DNA of 64,000 nucleotides from Syntrophorhabdaceae bacterium (GCA_963665295.1 OY762209.1:1504001-1568000), one strand, 5' to 3'. Shown: positions 46,761-60,014, counted from the stretch's first letter. Translations and numbers: made by a program. The notes: a model not told the origin generated them from the sequence alone.

Positions 46761-47186
46761 ATGATGCAATTTGACACAACTCTACTCTATCAGTTCGCGA
46801 ACTTCCTTATTCTATTGGTTCTTCTGAATTTCTTACTTTTCAAACCTGTTCTCCGTGTGCTGGAGAAAAGAGAAAAGACCATTGGTTCTCTTTTCGAGAA
46901 AGTACAGGACGTAAAGCAAGAAACGGTGGGGCTTGAGAAATCGTACGAGGAGCAGACCAAGGAGAGAAGAAAACCCATCCTTGAATTCCGGGCCTCGTCG
47001 ATAGCCGACGTCCACACCGTCTCCACAGGAATTATGGAAAAAGCGAGGAAGGACCTTTCGGAGGAACTCGCAAAGCTGAAGGCAGAGATAGAGAGCGAGA
47101 GCAAGAAGGTCCGCGACGCACTCATGGCGGACGTGGAGAAACTCGGGTCTGAGGCTGCGGAAAAGATACTGAAAAGGAGCGTATAA
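46761..47186 (+). CDS. ATP synthase F0 subunit b'
   Basis: QFANFLILLVLLNFLLFKPV..VLEKR followed by a coiled coil. Confidence 0.88.
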   Translation: MMQFDTTLLYQFANFLILLVLLNFLLFKPVLRVLEKREKTIGSLFEKVQDVKQETVGLEKSYEEQTKERRKPILEFRASSIADVHTVSTGIMEKARKDLSEELAKLKAEIESESKKVRDALMADVEKLGSEAAEKILKRSV

Positions 47187-47190
47187 GCAT

Positions 47191-47685
47191 ATGATGGGGG
47201 ATCTGCCGGAAGTCTGGAAATGGACCTTAAAGATTTTTAATTTTGCCGTACTGGTGGGAATCCTTGTAAAATTCGGCACAAAGCCTCTCAAGGGTTTTTT
47301 ACTGGGTCGCCATGATAAGGTGAAAGAGAAGATCGACGAGGCCGGCAAGCTCATGAGCGAAGCCGAGGATCTGAAAAAGGAATACGAAGGAAGACTCGCG
47401 CGTCTTGATCAGGAAATCGAAGAATTCAAGGCAAAAGTGACGGAAGAAACGAAGATTGAAAGCGAGAAAATACTCGCTGAAGCCAAGGCGTTCGCCGACA
47501 GGATACAGGAACAGGCGAAACTGACTTACGAACAGGAAATGAGAGAAATATCAGGCAGGATCAAAGAGGAAATCGCGAAACTCGCCCTTGATAAAGCCGA
47601 GAAGCTTGTCATGGAACGTTTCAACAAGGGTGATAACGACAAGTTGGTGGAAGAGTTCATAGAAAAGCTAAGGAGCTTAAATTGA
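47191..47685 (+). CDS. atpF: ATP synthase F0 subunit b
   Basis: IFNFAVLVGILVKF..KP followed by a coiled coil; operon position. Confidence 0.88.
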   Translation: MMGDLPEVWKWTLKIFNFAVLVGILVKFGTKPLKGFLLGRHDKVKEKIDEAGKLMSEAEDLKKEYEGRLARLDQEIEEFKAKVTEETKIESEKILAEAKAFADRIQEQAKLTYEQEMREISGRIKEEIAKLALDKAEKLVMERFNKGDNDKLVEEFIEKLRSLN

Positions 47686-48224
47686 TACATCAGTCCATAG
47701 CCAAGAAATATGCAAAAGGTCTTTTCAACGTAGGAGAAAAAGACGGGAAATACAAGGAGTACCTGGGTGAACTCGCTTCGCTGGTAGAGCTCTTCGAGAA
47801 GGAGGAGCGACTCGGCAAGGCGCTCATGCTGCCCATCCTTGAAATGTCGAAGAGGAAAGAACTCCTCGGGGATGTCGTAAGGGCCGCAGGCCTGTCTCTG
47901 TCTGTCACGAATATGCTCACCATGCTTATGGAAAGAAACAGAATGGGGTATCTGCCCCTCGTGAAAGACGCGTTCAGCGACCTCGTGGACGAGAAGGAAG
48001 GCCGCGTAAGAGGAGTCCTTTGGTCCGCGTTTCCCGTGGATGAAGGTTTGAAGAGCCGGATCCAGGACGTCCTCGGGGCGAAAATGGAGAAGACGGTGGT
48101 CCTCAACGTAGTCGAAGACAGAAGCCTTGTCGGAGGCGTGAAGCTCAACGTAAACGGCACTATTATAGATGGCAGCGTGAAAAGGCAGCTTGAGACTTTG
48201 AAGGAAAATATTTTGAAGGAGTAA
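47682..48224 (+). CDS. atpH: ATP synthase F1 delta subunit
   Basis: [27 protein letters not shown] start overlapping the atpF stop. Confidence 0.92.
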   Translation: MIHQSIAKKYAKGLFNVGEKDGKYKEYLGELASLVELFEKEERLGKALMLPILEMSKRKELLGDVVRAAGLSLSVTNMLTMLMERNRMGYLPLVKDAFSDLVDEKEGRVRGVLWSAFPVDEGLKSRIQDVLGAKMEKTVVLNVVEDRSLVGGVKLNVNGTIIDGSVKRQLETLKENILKE

Positions 48225-48229
48225 AGTTC

Positions 48230-49738
48230 ATGGAGATTAAAGCAGACGAGATAAGCAGGATAATAGAACAGAAGATATCGGGGTTCGAGAGAGAAGTAGA
48301 TCTTCAGGAAACGGGTGTAATAATCTCTATAGGCGACGGTATTGCAAGAATATACGGTCTCGAGAACGCCATGGCGGGCGAGTTGCTTGAGTTCCCTCAC
48401 GGAATTGCCGGGATGGTGCTGAACCTTGAAGAGGATAACATCGGGGCCGTCGTTTTTGGAGAGGATTACAAGATAAAGGAAGGCGATCTGGCCAAGAGGA
48501 CCGGAAGGATTGCCCAGGTGCCCGTGGGTGAGGCGTTGATCGGCAGGGTCGTGGACGGCCTTGGCATACCCATCGACGGAAAGGGACCCATTGACGCGAA
48601 GGAGTACAGGAACGTCGAGCAGACCGCACCGGGCGTCGTTGTCCGGCAGCCCGTTAAAGAGCCGATCCAGACAGGTATCAAGGCAATCGATGCCATGATC
48701 CCCATCGGTAGAGGGCAGAGGGAGCTCATCATCGGCGACCGTGGAACGGGTAAAACCGTCGTCGCTATCGATACGATCATCAACCAGAAAGGGAACGACG
48801 TATTCTGTATCTACGTTGCCATCGGACAGAAGCGGTCTTCAGTGGCAAGGACAGTCGATTTGCTGGCCAAGTACGGGGCCATGGAATATACAACGGTCGT
48901 GGCGGCAACCGCAAGTGACGCCGCTCCGCTCCAGTATCTCGCGCCTTTCTCAGGCACGTCCATGGGTGAGTACTTCAGGGATACGGGAAGGCACGCACTC
49001 ATCGTGTACGATGATCTGTCAAAACACGCGGTGGCGTACAGACAGTTATCTCTGTTGCTGAGGCGTCCGCCCGCACGTGAGGCGTACCCGGGCGACATTT
49101 TCTTCCTTCACTCAAGGTTGCTTGAAAGGTCCGCGAAGTGGGACGATGCCCATGGCGGCGGTTCACTTACAGCCCTTCCCATCATTGAGACTCAGGCCGG
49201 TGACGTGTCGGCATACATTCCTACAAACGTAATTTCCATCACGGATGGTCAGATATACCTTGAGCCTGAACTCTTCTATGCAGGTGTGAGACCGGCTATC
49301 AACGTGGGTATTTCCGTATCGAGGGTTGGTGGTAACGCTCAGATCAAGGCCATGAAGCAGGTGGCAGGAAGGCTTCGTCTGGACCTGGCCCAGTACAGGG
49401 AAATGGCGGCTTTCGCCAAGTTCGGGAGCGACCTCGACAAATCGACACTGGCACTGCTCGCGAGAGGTTCGCGCCTCACGGAGCTGCTGAAACAGGGTCA
49501 GTATGTTCCCATCCCCGTCGAGAAGCAGGTAGTGCTCCTCTTCGCCGCGGCGAACGGATTTATCGATGGGTATCCGGAGTCGGCTCTCAAGAAGTATGAG
49601 GTGGAGCTTATGACGTTCGTGGAGAAGGAACACCAGGATGTCCTGAAAGACATAAGAGAGAAGAAGGAAATAACATCCGCCATACAGGATAAACTGGAGA
49701 AGATGCTCAATACTTTTAAAGAAAAGTTCACATACTAG
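48230..49738 (+). CDS. atpA: ATP synthase F1 alpha subunit
   Basis: [37 protein letters not shown]. Confidence 0.98.
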   Translation: MEIKADEISRIIEQKISGFEREVDLQETGVIISIGDGIARIYGLENAMAGELLEFPHGIAGMVLNLEEDNIGAVVFGEDYKIKEGDLAKRTGRIAQVPVGEALIGRVVDGLGIPIDGKGPIDAKEYRNVEQTAPGVVVRQPVKEPIQTGIKAIDAMIPIGRGQRELIIGDRGTGKTVVAIDTIINQKGNDVFCIYVAIGQKRSSVARTVDLLAKYGAMEYTTVVAATASDAAPLQYLAPFSGTSMGEYFRDTGRHALIVYDDLSKHAVAYRQLSLLLRRPPAREAYPGDIFFLHSRLLERSAKWDDAHGGGSLTALPIIETQAGDVSAYIPTNVISITDGQIYLEPELFYAGVRPAINVGISVSRVGGNAQIKAMKQVAGRLRLDLAQYREMAAFAKFGSDLDKSTLALLARGSRLTELLKQGQYVPIPVEKQVVLLFAAANGFIDGYPESALKKYEVELMTFVEKEHQDVLKDIREKKEITSAIQDKLEKMLNTFKEKFTY

Positions 49739-49755
49739 ACCGGTAGGGACGCGAG

Positions 49756-52064
<2,309 letters not shown>

Positions 52065-52066
52065 TA

Positions 52067-52474
52067 GTGGAAAGTCTGCGCCTTGAGATAATAACCGCTG
52101 ATAGAGTAGTAGTGAGCGATGAGGCCGATATGGTCGAGGCAAAGGGCACTCTCGGCGAGTTTGGCATATTGCCCGGGCACATTCAGTTCCTTTCCACAGT
52201 AGAGATAGGTGAGGTGCGGTACACGAAGGGTGGAGCCACACGACACCTCGCCACAACAGGTGGATTCGCGGAAGTATTCGAGGATAAGGTTACCCTGCTT
52301 GTGGATGCCGCGGAGTTCGCGGAGGAAATCGATGTGGATAGGGCGAAGAGAGCTTTGGACAGGGCGGAAACCGCGCTGAAAGAGCTTTCCGAGGAAGATG
52401 ATGAGTACCGGAAGCATGAGCTTGCCCTTCAGCGGGCAGTAACGAGAATAAGTGCCGCCTCTAAGAGGATATAA
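52067..52474 (+). CDS. atpC: ATP synthase F1 epsilon subunit
   Basis: GEFGILPGH, GGFAEV, EIDVDRA. Confidence 0.95.
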   Translation: MESLRLEIITADRVVVSDEADMVEAKGTLGEFGILPGHIQFLSTVEIGEVRYTKGGATRHLATTGGFAEVFEDKVTLLVDAAEFAEEIDVDRAKRALDRAETALKELSEEDDEYRKHELALQRAVTRISAASKRI

Positions 52475-52553
52475 GGGCGACTCCACTTTGGCTGCCACTG
52501 GTCGGCTGTTCCCTGGGTTCAGGGAAAGGGCATAACCGGAGGAACCTGCGAAG

Positions 52554-53246
52554 ATGCAGTTTACCGTTGATGAAGAGCTGTATCGTCTTTTTCCGGGGCT
52601 GAAGATAGGCGTTCTGGTCTTGAAGATTGATAATACCAAGTACGGCGAGGATCGGCTTGAACCGGTCCTCGCCGATGTTTTAGCCCATTTCCCCTGCGAG
52701 AGGCCTCAGGATCACCTGAATATAAAGGTGTGGAGGGAGGCTTTCGGGAAGCTGGGCGTCTCCGGGTCTAAATATCCGAGTTCCGTGGAAGCCCTTGTGA
52801 GGAGGGTCCTCAAGGGCGGGCCTTTCCCCAGAATCAATCCCGTTGTGGATCTGTATAACGCAGTTTCTCTTAAACACCTTGTTCCCATGGGCGGTCATGC
52901 TCTGTCTGCAGTGACCGGCGATATCTCGTTGGGGTTTGCGGCGGGTACGGAGAGCTTCGCACCAATGGACTCCATGGAGAAGGAGACCGTAGTGAAGGGA
53001 GAGGTGGTGTATAAGGATGCGACAGAGGTCCTTACGAGGAGATGGGTGTGGAGGCAGTGCGAAAAGGACAAGGTCTCCGTGTCGAGCCATTCCGTGTTTG
53101 TGCCTATAGACGTGATGCCCGGGCTGCCGGAAGGGCTGACGGAGGCAGCGATGAAGGATATGGAGGAATGGCTCGGGGCAAACGGAAACGGCAGGGTAGT
53201 TCATCGGGACATCCTCACCATAGAGAGGCCTGCCACATCATTCTAG
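52554..53246 (+). CDS. Stand-alone B3/4 domain protein (trans-editing family)
   Basis: WREAF..LG..GSKYPSSVEALVRR, INPVVDLYNAVSL, GEVVYKD, RRWVWRQ. Confidence 0.85.
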   Translation: MQFTVDEELYRLFPGLKIGVLVLKIDNTKYGEDRLEPVLADVLAHFPCERPQDHLNIKVWREAFGKLGVSGSKYPSSVEALVRRVLKGGPFPRINPVVDLYNAVSLKHLVPMGGHALSAVTGDISLGFAAGTESFAPMDSMEKETVVKGEVVYKDATEVLTRRWVWRQCEKDKVSVSSHSVFVPIDVMPGLPEGLTEAAMKDMEEWLGANGNGRVVHRDILTIERPATSF

Positions 53247-53399
53247 CCGGTGTCCATTGACGGGGTTGGGCGAGGCCCGGGGTCTCGCGGGGCGCATCGG
53301 CTTTTCAATGTTGTTGAATTAAGAACATTACCGGGTTAGATTATACAAGCTTGTACTGAGCACAGCGGGCGGCCCCCGGGGAGCGATCCGGCTTGACGC

Positions 53400-55028
53400 A
53401 TGTATAGAGAATTCTTCGGTCTCAAGGAAAATCCCTTTTCCATTGCCCCGGACCCTCACTATTTTTATCTGAGCGAGGGGCACCGTGAGGCGCTGGCGCA
53501 TCTCATTTACGGGGTGAACAGCGAGGGCGGGTTCATACTTCTCACGGGCGAGGTGGGAACGGGCAAGACAACCGTGTGCCGGTGCCTCCTGGAGCAACTC
53601 CCGGGGAACGCCGATATCGCCTTCATTCTTAATCCGAAACTGACGGTGGAAGAACTTCTCGCCACGATCTGCGATGAGTTCGGCATCGCTTACCCTGAAA
53701 ATACGACGAGCAACAAGGTACTGGTGTCGCGCATCAATGAGTATCTCCTCGACGCTCACACAAAGGGGCGGAGGGCGATTCTCATAGTTGAGGAGGCCCA
53801 GAACCTGAGCGTGGAGTTGCTCGAGCAGATACGGCTTCTCACCAATCTCGAAACGAGTGAGCGGAAACTGCTTCAGATCATCATGCTGGGCCAGCCCGAA
53901 TTGAGGGAGATACTGGCCCGGCCTGAACTGCGCCAGCTTTCACAGCGCATCACCGCCCGTTACCATCTGGGTCCTCTCTCGAAGGAGGAGGTGCCGGAGT
54001 ACGTGAACCATCGCCTCACGGTGGCGGGTCTCGTGCGGGGGCGGATATTTCCCGCGCCCACCCTGCGGCGACTCTACCGGCTGACCGGCGGAGTGCCGCG
54101 GCTGATCAACGTCATATGCGACAGGGCGTTGACGGGGGCCTACGTGGAGGGGAAGGAAGAAGTTGACAGGAAGATCCTGGTCACCGCGGCACGGGAGGTT
54201 TCGGGCGCCGGTCTGAGGGAGGCAGGAAGGAGACGGGTGTACCAGGCAGTTGCCGCCGTGGCGGTACTTCTCCTTTGCGGGGCATTTATTGCGGCGTACT
54301 ACTCGGGGAGATTGAACGTGGCGGGGTCCGTCGCGCAGGCCCCGGAACTCCGGGCGTCCGACGGGGGGAAGGTGAAGGATGCAATGCCTACGGTCCCCGT
54401 CGTCGGTGAGAAGGCGGCGGCGGTCTTGCCGAGGGGCACGAAGGATACAGCCTACCTGGGCCTTTTCGACCTATGGCAGATCGCCTACGACGGCAAGGAC
54501 AGGCGCGGCGCACGGGAGCAGGCCGAAGAACAGGGACTGCAGTGGCTTGAGGAAAAGGGCGATATAAACGATCTCAGGCAGATGAACAGGCCCGCGGTGG
54601 TGAAGCTCGCGGACCCGGGGAACGGTGAGTACTACGGGGTCCTGACTTCGCTGAAAGGGGAGATGGCGACCATCTCCGTGGGGGGAGCGACGAGGTCTGT
54701 GACCGTGAAGGACCTGACGGCGGTTTGGTCGGGGGATTACGTACTCCTCTGGCGTGCGCCCGCGGGGTATAAAGGAAAACTGAAGCAGGGCAGCCGGGGA
54801 CCGGTAGTGGCATGGCTTGACAGGCAACTGGCAAAGGTTCAGGGGCGACAGCCCGGAACAGGGCGACAGTCCGTATATGACGAGGAGATGGCGAAGCATG
54901 TAATGGCCTTCCAGAGCGCCTCCGGGCTCGAACCCGACGGGGTAACCGGTGTAAGGACCTTGGTATGCCTCACAGGAAGAGCGGGCAGCGGCGGACCCAC
55001 CCTAGAGGACCACAAGGGGGGTTACTAG
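53400..55028 (+). CDS. exeA: ExeA/GspA AAA ATPase with C-terminal peptidoglycan-binding domain
   Basis: MY.EFFGL.ENPFSIAPDP, LTGEVGTGKTT, LRQLSQRI, GGVPRLIN; C-terminal FQ...GL.PDGVTG. Confidence 0.9.
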   Translation: MYREFFGLKENPFSIAPDPHYFYLSEGHREALAHLIYGVNSEGGFILLTGEVGTGKTTVCRCLLEQLPGNADIAFILNPKLTVEELLATICDEFGIAYPENTTSNKVLVSRINEYLLDAHTKGRRAILIVEEAQNLSVELLEQIRLLTNLETSERKLLQIIMLGQPELREILARPELRQLSQRITARYHLGPLSKEEVPEYVNHRLTVAGLVRGRIFPAPTLRRLYRLTGGVPRLINVICDRALTGAYVEGKEEVDRKILVTAAREVSGAGLREAGRRRVYQAVAAVAVLLLCGAFIAAYYSGRLNVAGSVAQAPELRASDGGKVKDAMPTVPVVGEKAAAVLPRGTKDTAYLGLFDLWQIAYDGKDRRGAREQAEEQGLQWLEEKGDINDLRQMNRPAVVKLADPGNGEYYGVLTSLKGEMATISVGGATRSVTVKDLTAVWSGDYVLLWRAPAGYKGKLKQGSRGPVVAWLDRQLAKVQGRQPGTGRQSVYDEEMAKHVMAFQSASGLEPDGVTGVRTLVCLTGRAGSGGPTLEDHKGGY

Positions 55029-55030
55029 GG

Positions 55031-55759
55031 ATGTCGTACATACTCGAAGCCCTGAAGAAACTCGAGCAGAAACGTCAACAGGAAAAGAATTTCACCTTCC
55101 TTACCCTTCAGGGGCAAGTCCCCGGGGCAGCGAAGAAACGACGCATCTGGCCCTATGTGCTTTGCGCAGCCCTTTTCGTGAACGCGGGGGCGATTGTGTG
55201 GTGGATAGGGCCCTGGAAGGAGGGCGGGAAGATTGTCCCCCACGAACAGCCGCGGCCGAAGGCCGTGAGCGAGCGTCAAGCAGCGGTCGGGGCTCCTCCC
55301 ACAACAAGCGCCGGGGCACGGGGAGAAGAGACGAAGAAGGCCGTTGAGGCCAAGGCAACGGAGAAACCGGCTGTTGAGCGTCCCGTGAAAGAGGCGGGCC
55401 CCGCACATGGGGCAGCGGAGAAAAAGAAGGCTACGGCTCAAAAGCGGGCGTCGGAGGCGGTGGAACAGGCTGAGGCGGAACCCCATACACCGCCCGAACC
55501 GAAGCCGCCCGCCGACAGGAGGGTGTTCAGGATCACGGAACTTCCGTCCATGGTGTCCAAGGAACTTCCCGAGTTGAAAATGTCCCTCCATTACTATATT
55601 GCGGAGCCCCACGCGCGGTTCGCAAGGATCAATGACAAGACCCTCAAGGAAGGCCAGTCCCTCGCCCAGGGACTTAAGGTGGACGAGATCACCGCTACGG
55701 GGGTGGTGATGAATTTCAAGGGCTGGCGGTTTCAGATCGGCATCAACGAAAGCCGGTGA
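55031..55759 (+). CDS. exeB: ExeB/GspB general secretion pathway protein
   Basis: MSYILEALKK.E, TM, Pro/Ala linker, ELP...LP.L..S.H.Y...R..RIN...LKEG. Confidence 0.85.
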   Translation: MSYILEALKKLEQKRQQEKNFTFLTLQGQVPGAAKKRRIWPYVLCAALFVNAGAIVWWIGPWKEGGKIVPHEQPRPKAVSERQAAVGAPPTTSAGARGEETKKAVEAKATEKPAVERPVKEAGPAHGAAEKKKATAQKRASEAVEQAEAEPHTPPEPKPPADRRVFRITELPSMVSKELPELKMSLHYYIAEPHARFARINDKTLKEGQSLAQGLKVDEITATGVVMNFKGWRFQIGINESR

Positions 55760-55884
55760 CGGACACCGGAGCTTCTTGCGAGGGCGAAGGCGGAAATTGT
55801 GTCCCCTCGCGCTTAAATAGCCCCAGGGACCCGGAGCGGGTCCGGGCGGGCAGCGGCCATGACGGAAGGTTCTTCTTTAAATTC

Positions 55885-55914
55885 TTGATTTTTTAGCAGA
55901 AGGCGTTGTAAAAT
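55885..55914 (+). promoter_or_regulatory. Possible sigma70 promoter of the EF-G-like gene
   Basis: TTGATT, 18 nt spacer, TAAAAT. Confidence 0.45.
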
Positions 55915-55958
55915 TCACAGGATTCAGTCAACATCGAATATCGGGGAAAGGAGTTTTC

Positions 55959-58061
55959 ATGAAAAAGTATGAGCCTGTAACAATCAGAAATGCAGGGATA
56001 TTTTCGCACGGAGGGGAGGGCAAAACGTCTATTGTTGAGGCTATGCTTTTTCTTTCAGGAGAAAACACGAGACTTGGTAGGGTAGACGACGGCACGTCGC
56101 TAATGGACTACGAACCCGAAGAGGTGGAGCGGAAGGTAACGATCTCTTCTTCTGTCGCATCCTTCGAGTGGGGAAAGAACAAGATCAATTTTGTAGATAC
56201 CCCCGGAGACGACAACTTTGTGGCCGACGCAAAATCGTGCATGCGGGTTGTAGACGGCGCGGTGGTTGTGGTGGGAGCGGTATCGGGCGTTCAGGTGCAG
56301 ACGGAAAAGGTGTGGCAGTATGCGGATGAGTTCGAGATTCCCTCTATGGTATTTATCAATAAGATGGACAGGGAGCGCGCCGATTTTGAAAGGGCCCTTG
56401 CGGATGTGCAGAAGAGCTTTTCCGACAAGTCAATCCTTGCAATCCAGCTTCCCATAGGAAAAGAGGAGAACTTCAAAGGCGTTGTCGACCTTCTCGCCAT
56501 GAAGGCCTATGTCTTCAAGGGTGACGGCAGCGGGGCTTTCGATACGGTCGCCATACCTGCGGAATACCAGGCCGAGGCCGACAAATACCGGGAGAAGCTC
56601 GTCGAGACGGCAGTCGAGACGGATGACGAAATAATGGAGCGTTATCTCAATGGGGACGAGATAACGGAGGAAGAGATAGAGAAATGTCTCAGGGAAGGCA
56701 TTTGGCAGAGGAAGATCGCGCCCGTCATTTGTGGTTCGGCCGCGAAGAACATAGGCGTACAGATGCTCCTCGACACCATCACGAGATATTTCCCGCCGCC
56801 AATATACAAGGGCGAGGCGGAAGGGATCGACCCTAAGACGGGAAACCCCGTGAAAAGGACCGTCTCAGCGGAGCAACCCTTCAGCGCCTTCGTCTTCAAG
56901 ACCATCACCGATCCTTTTGCTGGGAAGCTGACCCTCTTCAGGGTTTACTCCGGTGAGATCCATCCCGACATGACGGTGCTCAATACCACGAACGACGAGA
57001 AGGAAAGGATAGGACAGATATTCTACCTTGTAGGAAAAAAACAGAAACCCGCCGGTTTTGCCTCCGCCGGGGATATTGCGGTAATTGCAAAGCTCAAGAA
57101 CACCGGGACAGGGGACACGCTCTGCGATGAAAAGGCGCCCATAAAGTACCCTGCCGTGGTGAGCGCTCCACCCCTCATCTCCTTTTCTCTCCAGCCGAAG
57201 GCAAAGGGCGATGAAGACAAGCTCAATACCTCCCTTTCCCGGCTCATGGAAGAGGACCAGACAGTGAAGTACACCAGGGACGACCAGACGAAGGAGTTCA
57301 TATTGTCCGGCATGGGTCAGGTGCACATCGAGGTGATCGTCGAGAGAATGAAGAGGAAATTCGGCGTGGACGTGGAACTCAAAGAGCCGAAGGTGCCTTA
57401 CAAGGAAACCATCAAAGGGACCGTCAAGATTCAGGGTAAATACAAGAAGCAGTCCGGCGGCAAGGGCCAGTACGGCGACACGTGGCTTGAACTCGCGCCC
57501 CTTCCCAAGGGGACGGGATTTGAGTTCGTGGATAAGATAGTGGGCGGCGCGATCCCGAGGCAGTATATACCCGCCGTTGAAAAAGGCATCGTGGAAGCCA
57601 TGAACCAGGGCATGCTCGCCGGTTACCCCGTAACCGATTTTAAGGTCACCCTCTACGACGGATCGTATCACGATGTTGACTCTTCTGAAATGGCCTTCAA
57701 GATCGCCGCATCCATGGGCTTCAAGAAAGGCCTGGAAATGGCCCATCCCACCCTCCTCGAACCGATCATGAAGATCGAGGTCATAGTCCCCGACGAGTAC
57801 ATGGGGGACATCATGGGTGACCTCAATTCGAGAAGGGGCAAGATAATCGGCGTGGAGTCAAAGGGTCACAACCAGGTGGTAAAGGCTGCGGTCCCTATGG
57901 CGGAAATTCTCAAATACGCACCGGACCTTAAATCGATGACCGGCGGCAGGGGCACATTCACCATAGAATTCTCTCACCTGGAGGAAGTCCCGGCCCACAT
58001 ACTGCCTAAGATAGTTGAAGCGGCAAAGAAGGAAAAGGAGTTGCTGGAGAAGGAGAAGTAA
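55959..58061 (+). CDS. fusA: Elongation factor G paralog (EF-G2 type)
   Basis: Full five-domain EF-G with a divergent G domain: SHGGEGKTS, ERKVTI, DTPGDDNF, NKMD; KQSGGKGQYG, DGSYHDVDSSEMAF; not in an rpsL-rpsG operon. Confidence 0.92.
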   Translation: MKKYEPVTIRNAGIFSHGGEGKTSIVEAMLFLSGENTRLGRVDDGTSLMDYEPEEVERKVTISSSVASFEWGKNKINFVDTPGDDNFVADAKSCMRVVDGAVVVVGAVSGVQVQTEKVWQYADEFEIPSMVFINKMDRERADFERALADVQKSFSDKSILAIQLPIGKEENFKGVVDLLAMKAYVFKGDGSGAFDTVAIPAEYQAEADKYREKLVETAVETDDEIMERYLNGDEITEEEIEKCLREGIWQRKIAPVICGSAAKNIGVQMLLDTITRYFPPPIYKGEAEGIDPKTGNPVKRTVSAEQPFSAFVFKTITDPFAGKLTLFRVYSGEIHPDMTVLNTTNDEKERIGQIFYLVGKKQKPAGFASAGDIAVIAKLKNTGTGDTLCDEKAPIKYPAVVSAPPLISFSLQPKAKGDEDKLNTSLSRLMEEDQTVKYTRDDQTKEFILSGMGQVHIEVIVERMKRKFGVDVELKEPKVPYKETIKGTVKIQGKYKKQSGGKGQYGDTWLELAPLPKGTGFEFVDKIVGGAIPRQYIPAVEKGIVEAMNQGMLAGYPVTDFKVTLYDGSYHDVDSSEMAFKIAASMGFKKGLEMAHPTLLEPIMKIEVIVPDEYMGDIMGDLNSRRGKIIGVESKGHNQVVKAAVPMAEILKYAPDLKSMTGGRGTFTIEFSHLEEVPAHILPKIVEAAKKEKELLEKEK

Positions 58062-58081
58062 GAACCCATACGAGCGCATTG

Positions 58082-58126
58082 CAGGGGGTTGAGGGGCTTT
58101 CGATAGGTTCCTCAACCCCCTGTTCT
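58082..58126 (+). terminator. Stem-loop after fusA (putative terminator or processing site)
   Basis: CAGGGGGTTGAGG...CCTCAACCCCCTG 13-bp inverted repeat; weak U-tract. Confidence 0.6.
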
Positions 58127-58154
58127 ATAGAAGGGAATCTACAGGAGGCCTCTC

Positions 58155-58598
58155 GTGAGAACGGTGATTCAACGGGTCAAAAGGGCGAGTGTGGAGGTGG
58201 AAGGCAGGGTCGTGGGTGAAATAGGCCCGGGCCTCCTCGTGCTTGTGGGCATAAGCCAGGACGATACCCTTAAGGATATCGCGTGGATGGCCGACAAGGT
58301 CGCAAACCTGAGGATTTTCGAGACGGAAGAGGGCAAGCTCGACAAATCCCTCCTTGACATCAAGGGAGAGCTCCTTCTTGTTTCCCAGTTCACCCTTTAC
58401 GGGGATTGTTCCAAAGGCCGCAGGCCCTCCTTCTCCCGCGCCATGGGTGCGGCGGATGCGAAGAAGTCATTCGAGTTTTTTGTGGAAAAGATGCGTGAAA
58501 AAGTGGATAAGGTGGAAACAGGCGTATTTCAGGCAACCATGGAGGTTGCCCTGATAAACGACGGGCCTGTCACCCTCATAATAGACTCCAGGCCCTGA
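58155..58598 (+). CDS. dtd: D-aminoacyl-tRNA deacylase
   Basis: MRTVIQRV, VSQFTL, KGRRPSF, NDGPVT. Confidence 0.96.
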   Translation: MRTVIQRVKRASVEVEGRVVGEIGPGLLVLVGISQDDTLKDIAWMADKVANLRIFETEEGKLDKSLLDIKGELLLVSQFTLYGDCSKGRRPSFSRAMGAADAKKSFEFFVEKMREKVDKVETGVFQATMEVALINDGPVTLIIDSRP

Positions 58599-58608
58599 TT
58601 GCCCCGGA

Positions 58609-58893
58609 TCAGGTCATCTTTTCGATGAATTCAAATATGGGAATTGCGGCGTGGGTCTGGAGCTGCAGGGTACCCCGGGCGCCCAGTTCGACGGAAACCT
58701 TGGCAATGGCCTCGTTATTGGCGGCCTCCAGGATGGTCACGAAATCATACTCGCCGATGACCGCATACTGAGCGATGATCTTGGCGCCCATCTTTTCGAC
58801 TTCCTTATCGACTTCCTTTATTCTTTCCGGATTATTCTTTATGGTCTTCCTGCCTTCATCGGTCAGGGTTGTAAACATTACATATATTGGCAT
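58609..58893 (-). CDS. GYD domain-containing protein
   Basis: MPIY....LTDEGRKTI, GEYDFV.I.EA; RBS AAGGGG. Confidence 0.85.
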   Translation of the reverse strand: MPIYVMFTTLTDEGRKTIKNNPERIKEVDKEVEKMGAKIIAQYAVIGEYDFVTILEAANNEAIAKVSVELGARGTLQLQTHAAIPIFEFIEKMT

Positions 58894-58961
58894 TTTGGCT
58901 ACCCCCTTATCAACGGTATACAACCTTTTATATCATCGCGGCCTCGGTTGTCAACTGTTTT

Positions 58962-60014
58962 TTACCAGGCCTTCTTTATGACGCCGCCCGCGGCCACCCG
59001 GTCTTCCCGGTAAAGCACCACCGACTGTCCCGGGGTGATGGCGTGGAGGGGCTCGTCGAATTCAACCTCCAGGGTATCACCGGAAACGCGGTACGTGCAC
59101 GGCGTCTCGCCCTGCCTGTACCGGACCTTGCCCGTTGCGCGACCGGGTGTTGGGTCGAAGATGTTGATCTCGTCGGCCACGAGCCTTGTTTGCTTCAGGT
59201 GTTCCTTTGTCCCCAGGATCACCGCGTTCTCGGTAGCCCTGATCTCCACCACGTAAAGGGGTTCGGAATAGGGAATGCCGAGTCCCCTGCGCTGGCCCAC
59301 GGTGTAGAGGTGGATGCCTTCGTGGGTGCCGAGGCGGGTACCGTCCACGTGGTAGAAGGGGCCTTTCTTGAGACCGATGAACCGGGAAAGGAACTCCCGG
59401 TAATCGGCCCCGGGCACGAAGCATATGTCCTGGCTTTCGCGGACCTTCGCAGGGTCCCATCGGATGAGGTGGGAGCGCTGCTTCAGTTCCTCTTTGATCT
59501 CTCCGCCCAGGGGGAAGAGGATGGATTTGAGGAGGTTTTCCTGGATGGGGTAGAGGAAGTAGGTCTGGTCCTTGGCAGGGTCCATGCTCTTCCTGAGGGT
59601 CCAGCCCTCGGCGGTCTCCTCGATGGCGGCGTAGTGCCCCGTGGCGATCTTCTCGCCGCCGATGGAGAGGGCCTTGCGGTAGAAGGAGGAGAATTTTATG
59701 TATTTGTTGCAGAGGATGCAGGGGTTGGGGGTGCGGCCCGCCCTGTACTCGTCGATGAAGCGGTCGATCACGTAGCGCTGAAAGTCCTCGCGCAGGTTTA
59801 TCACGTAGTGGCGGATGGAAAGGTCGTCGGCGACGCGTCGGGCCCGTGCGATGGTGTCGAGGGAGCAGCAGGCCTTGGGGTTGGCGACATCCTTGATGTA
59901 GGAGGGCAGAAGTTGGTAAGTGATGCCCACCACCTCGTACCCCTGCCGCTTCAGCATGTAAGCCGCAAAGGAGCTGTCCATTCCCCCGCTCATAGCCACG
60001 AAAACCTTCTCCAT
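58962..60014 (-). CDS. mnmA: tRNA 2-thiouridylase MnmA
   Basis: AMSGGMDSS, GRTPNPCILCN, IATGHY, KDQTYFL, ESQDICF, YTVGQRRGLG, TPGQ. Confidence 0.96.
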   Translation of the reverse strand: MEKVFVAMSGGMDSSFAAYMLKRQGYEVVGITYQLLPSYIKDVANPKACCSLDTIARARRVADDLSIRHYVINLREDFQRYVIDRFIDEYRAGRTPNPCILCNKYIKFSSFYRKALSIGGEKIATGHYAAIEETAEGWTLRKSMDPAKDQTYFLYPIQENLLKSILFPLGGEIKEELKQRSHLIRWDPAKVRESQDICFVPGADYREFLSRFIGLKKGPFYHVDGTRLGTHEGIHLYTVGQRRGLGIPYSEPLYVVEIRATENAVILGTKEHLKQTRLVADEINIFDPTPGRATGKVRYRQGETPCTYRVSGDTLEVEFDEPLHAITPGQSVVLYREDRVAAGGVIKKAW

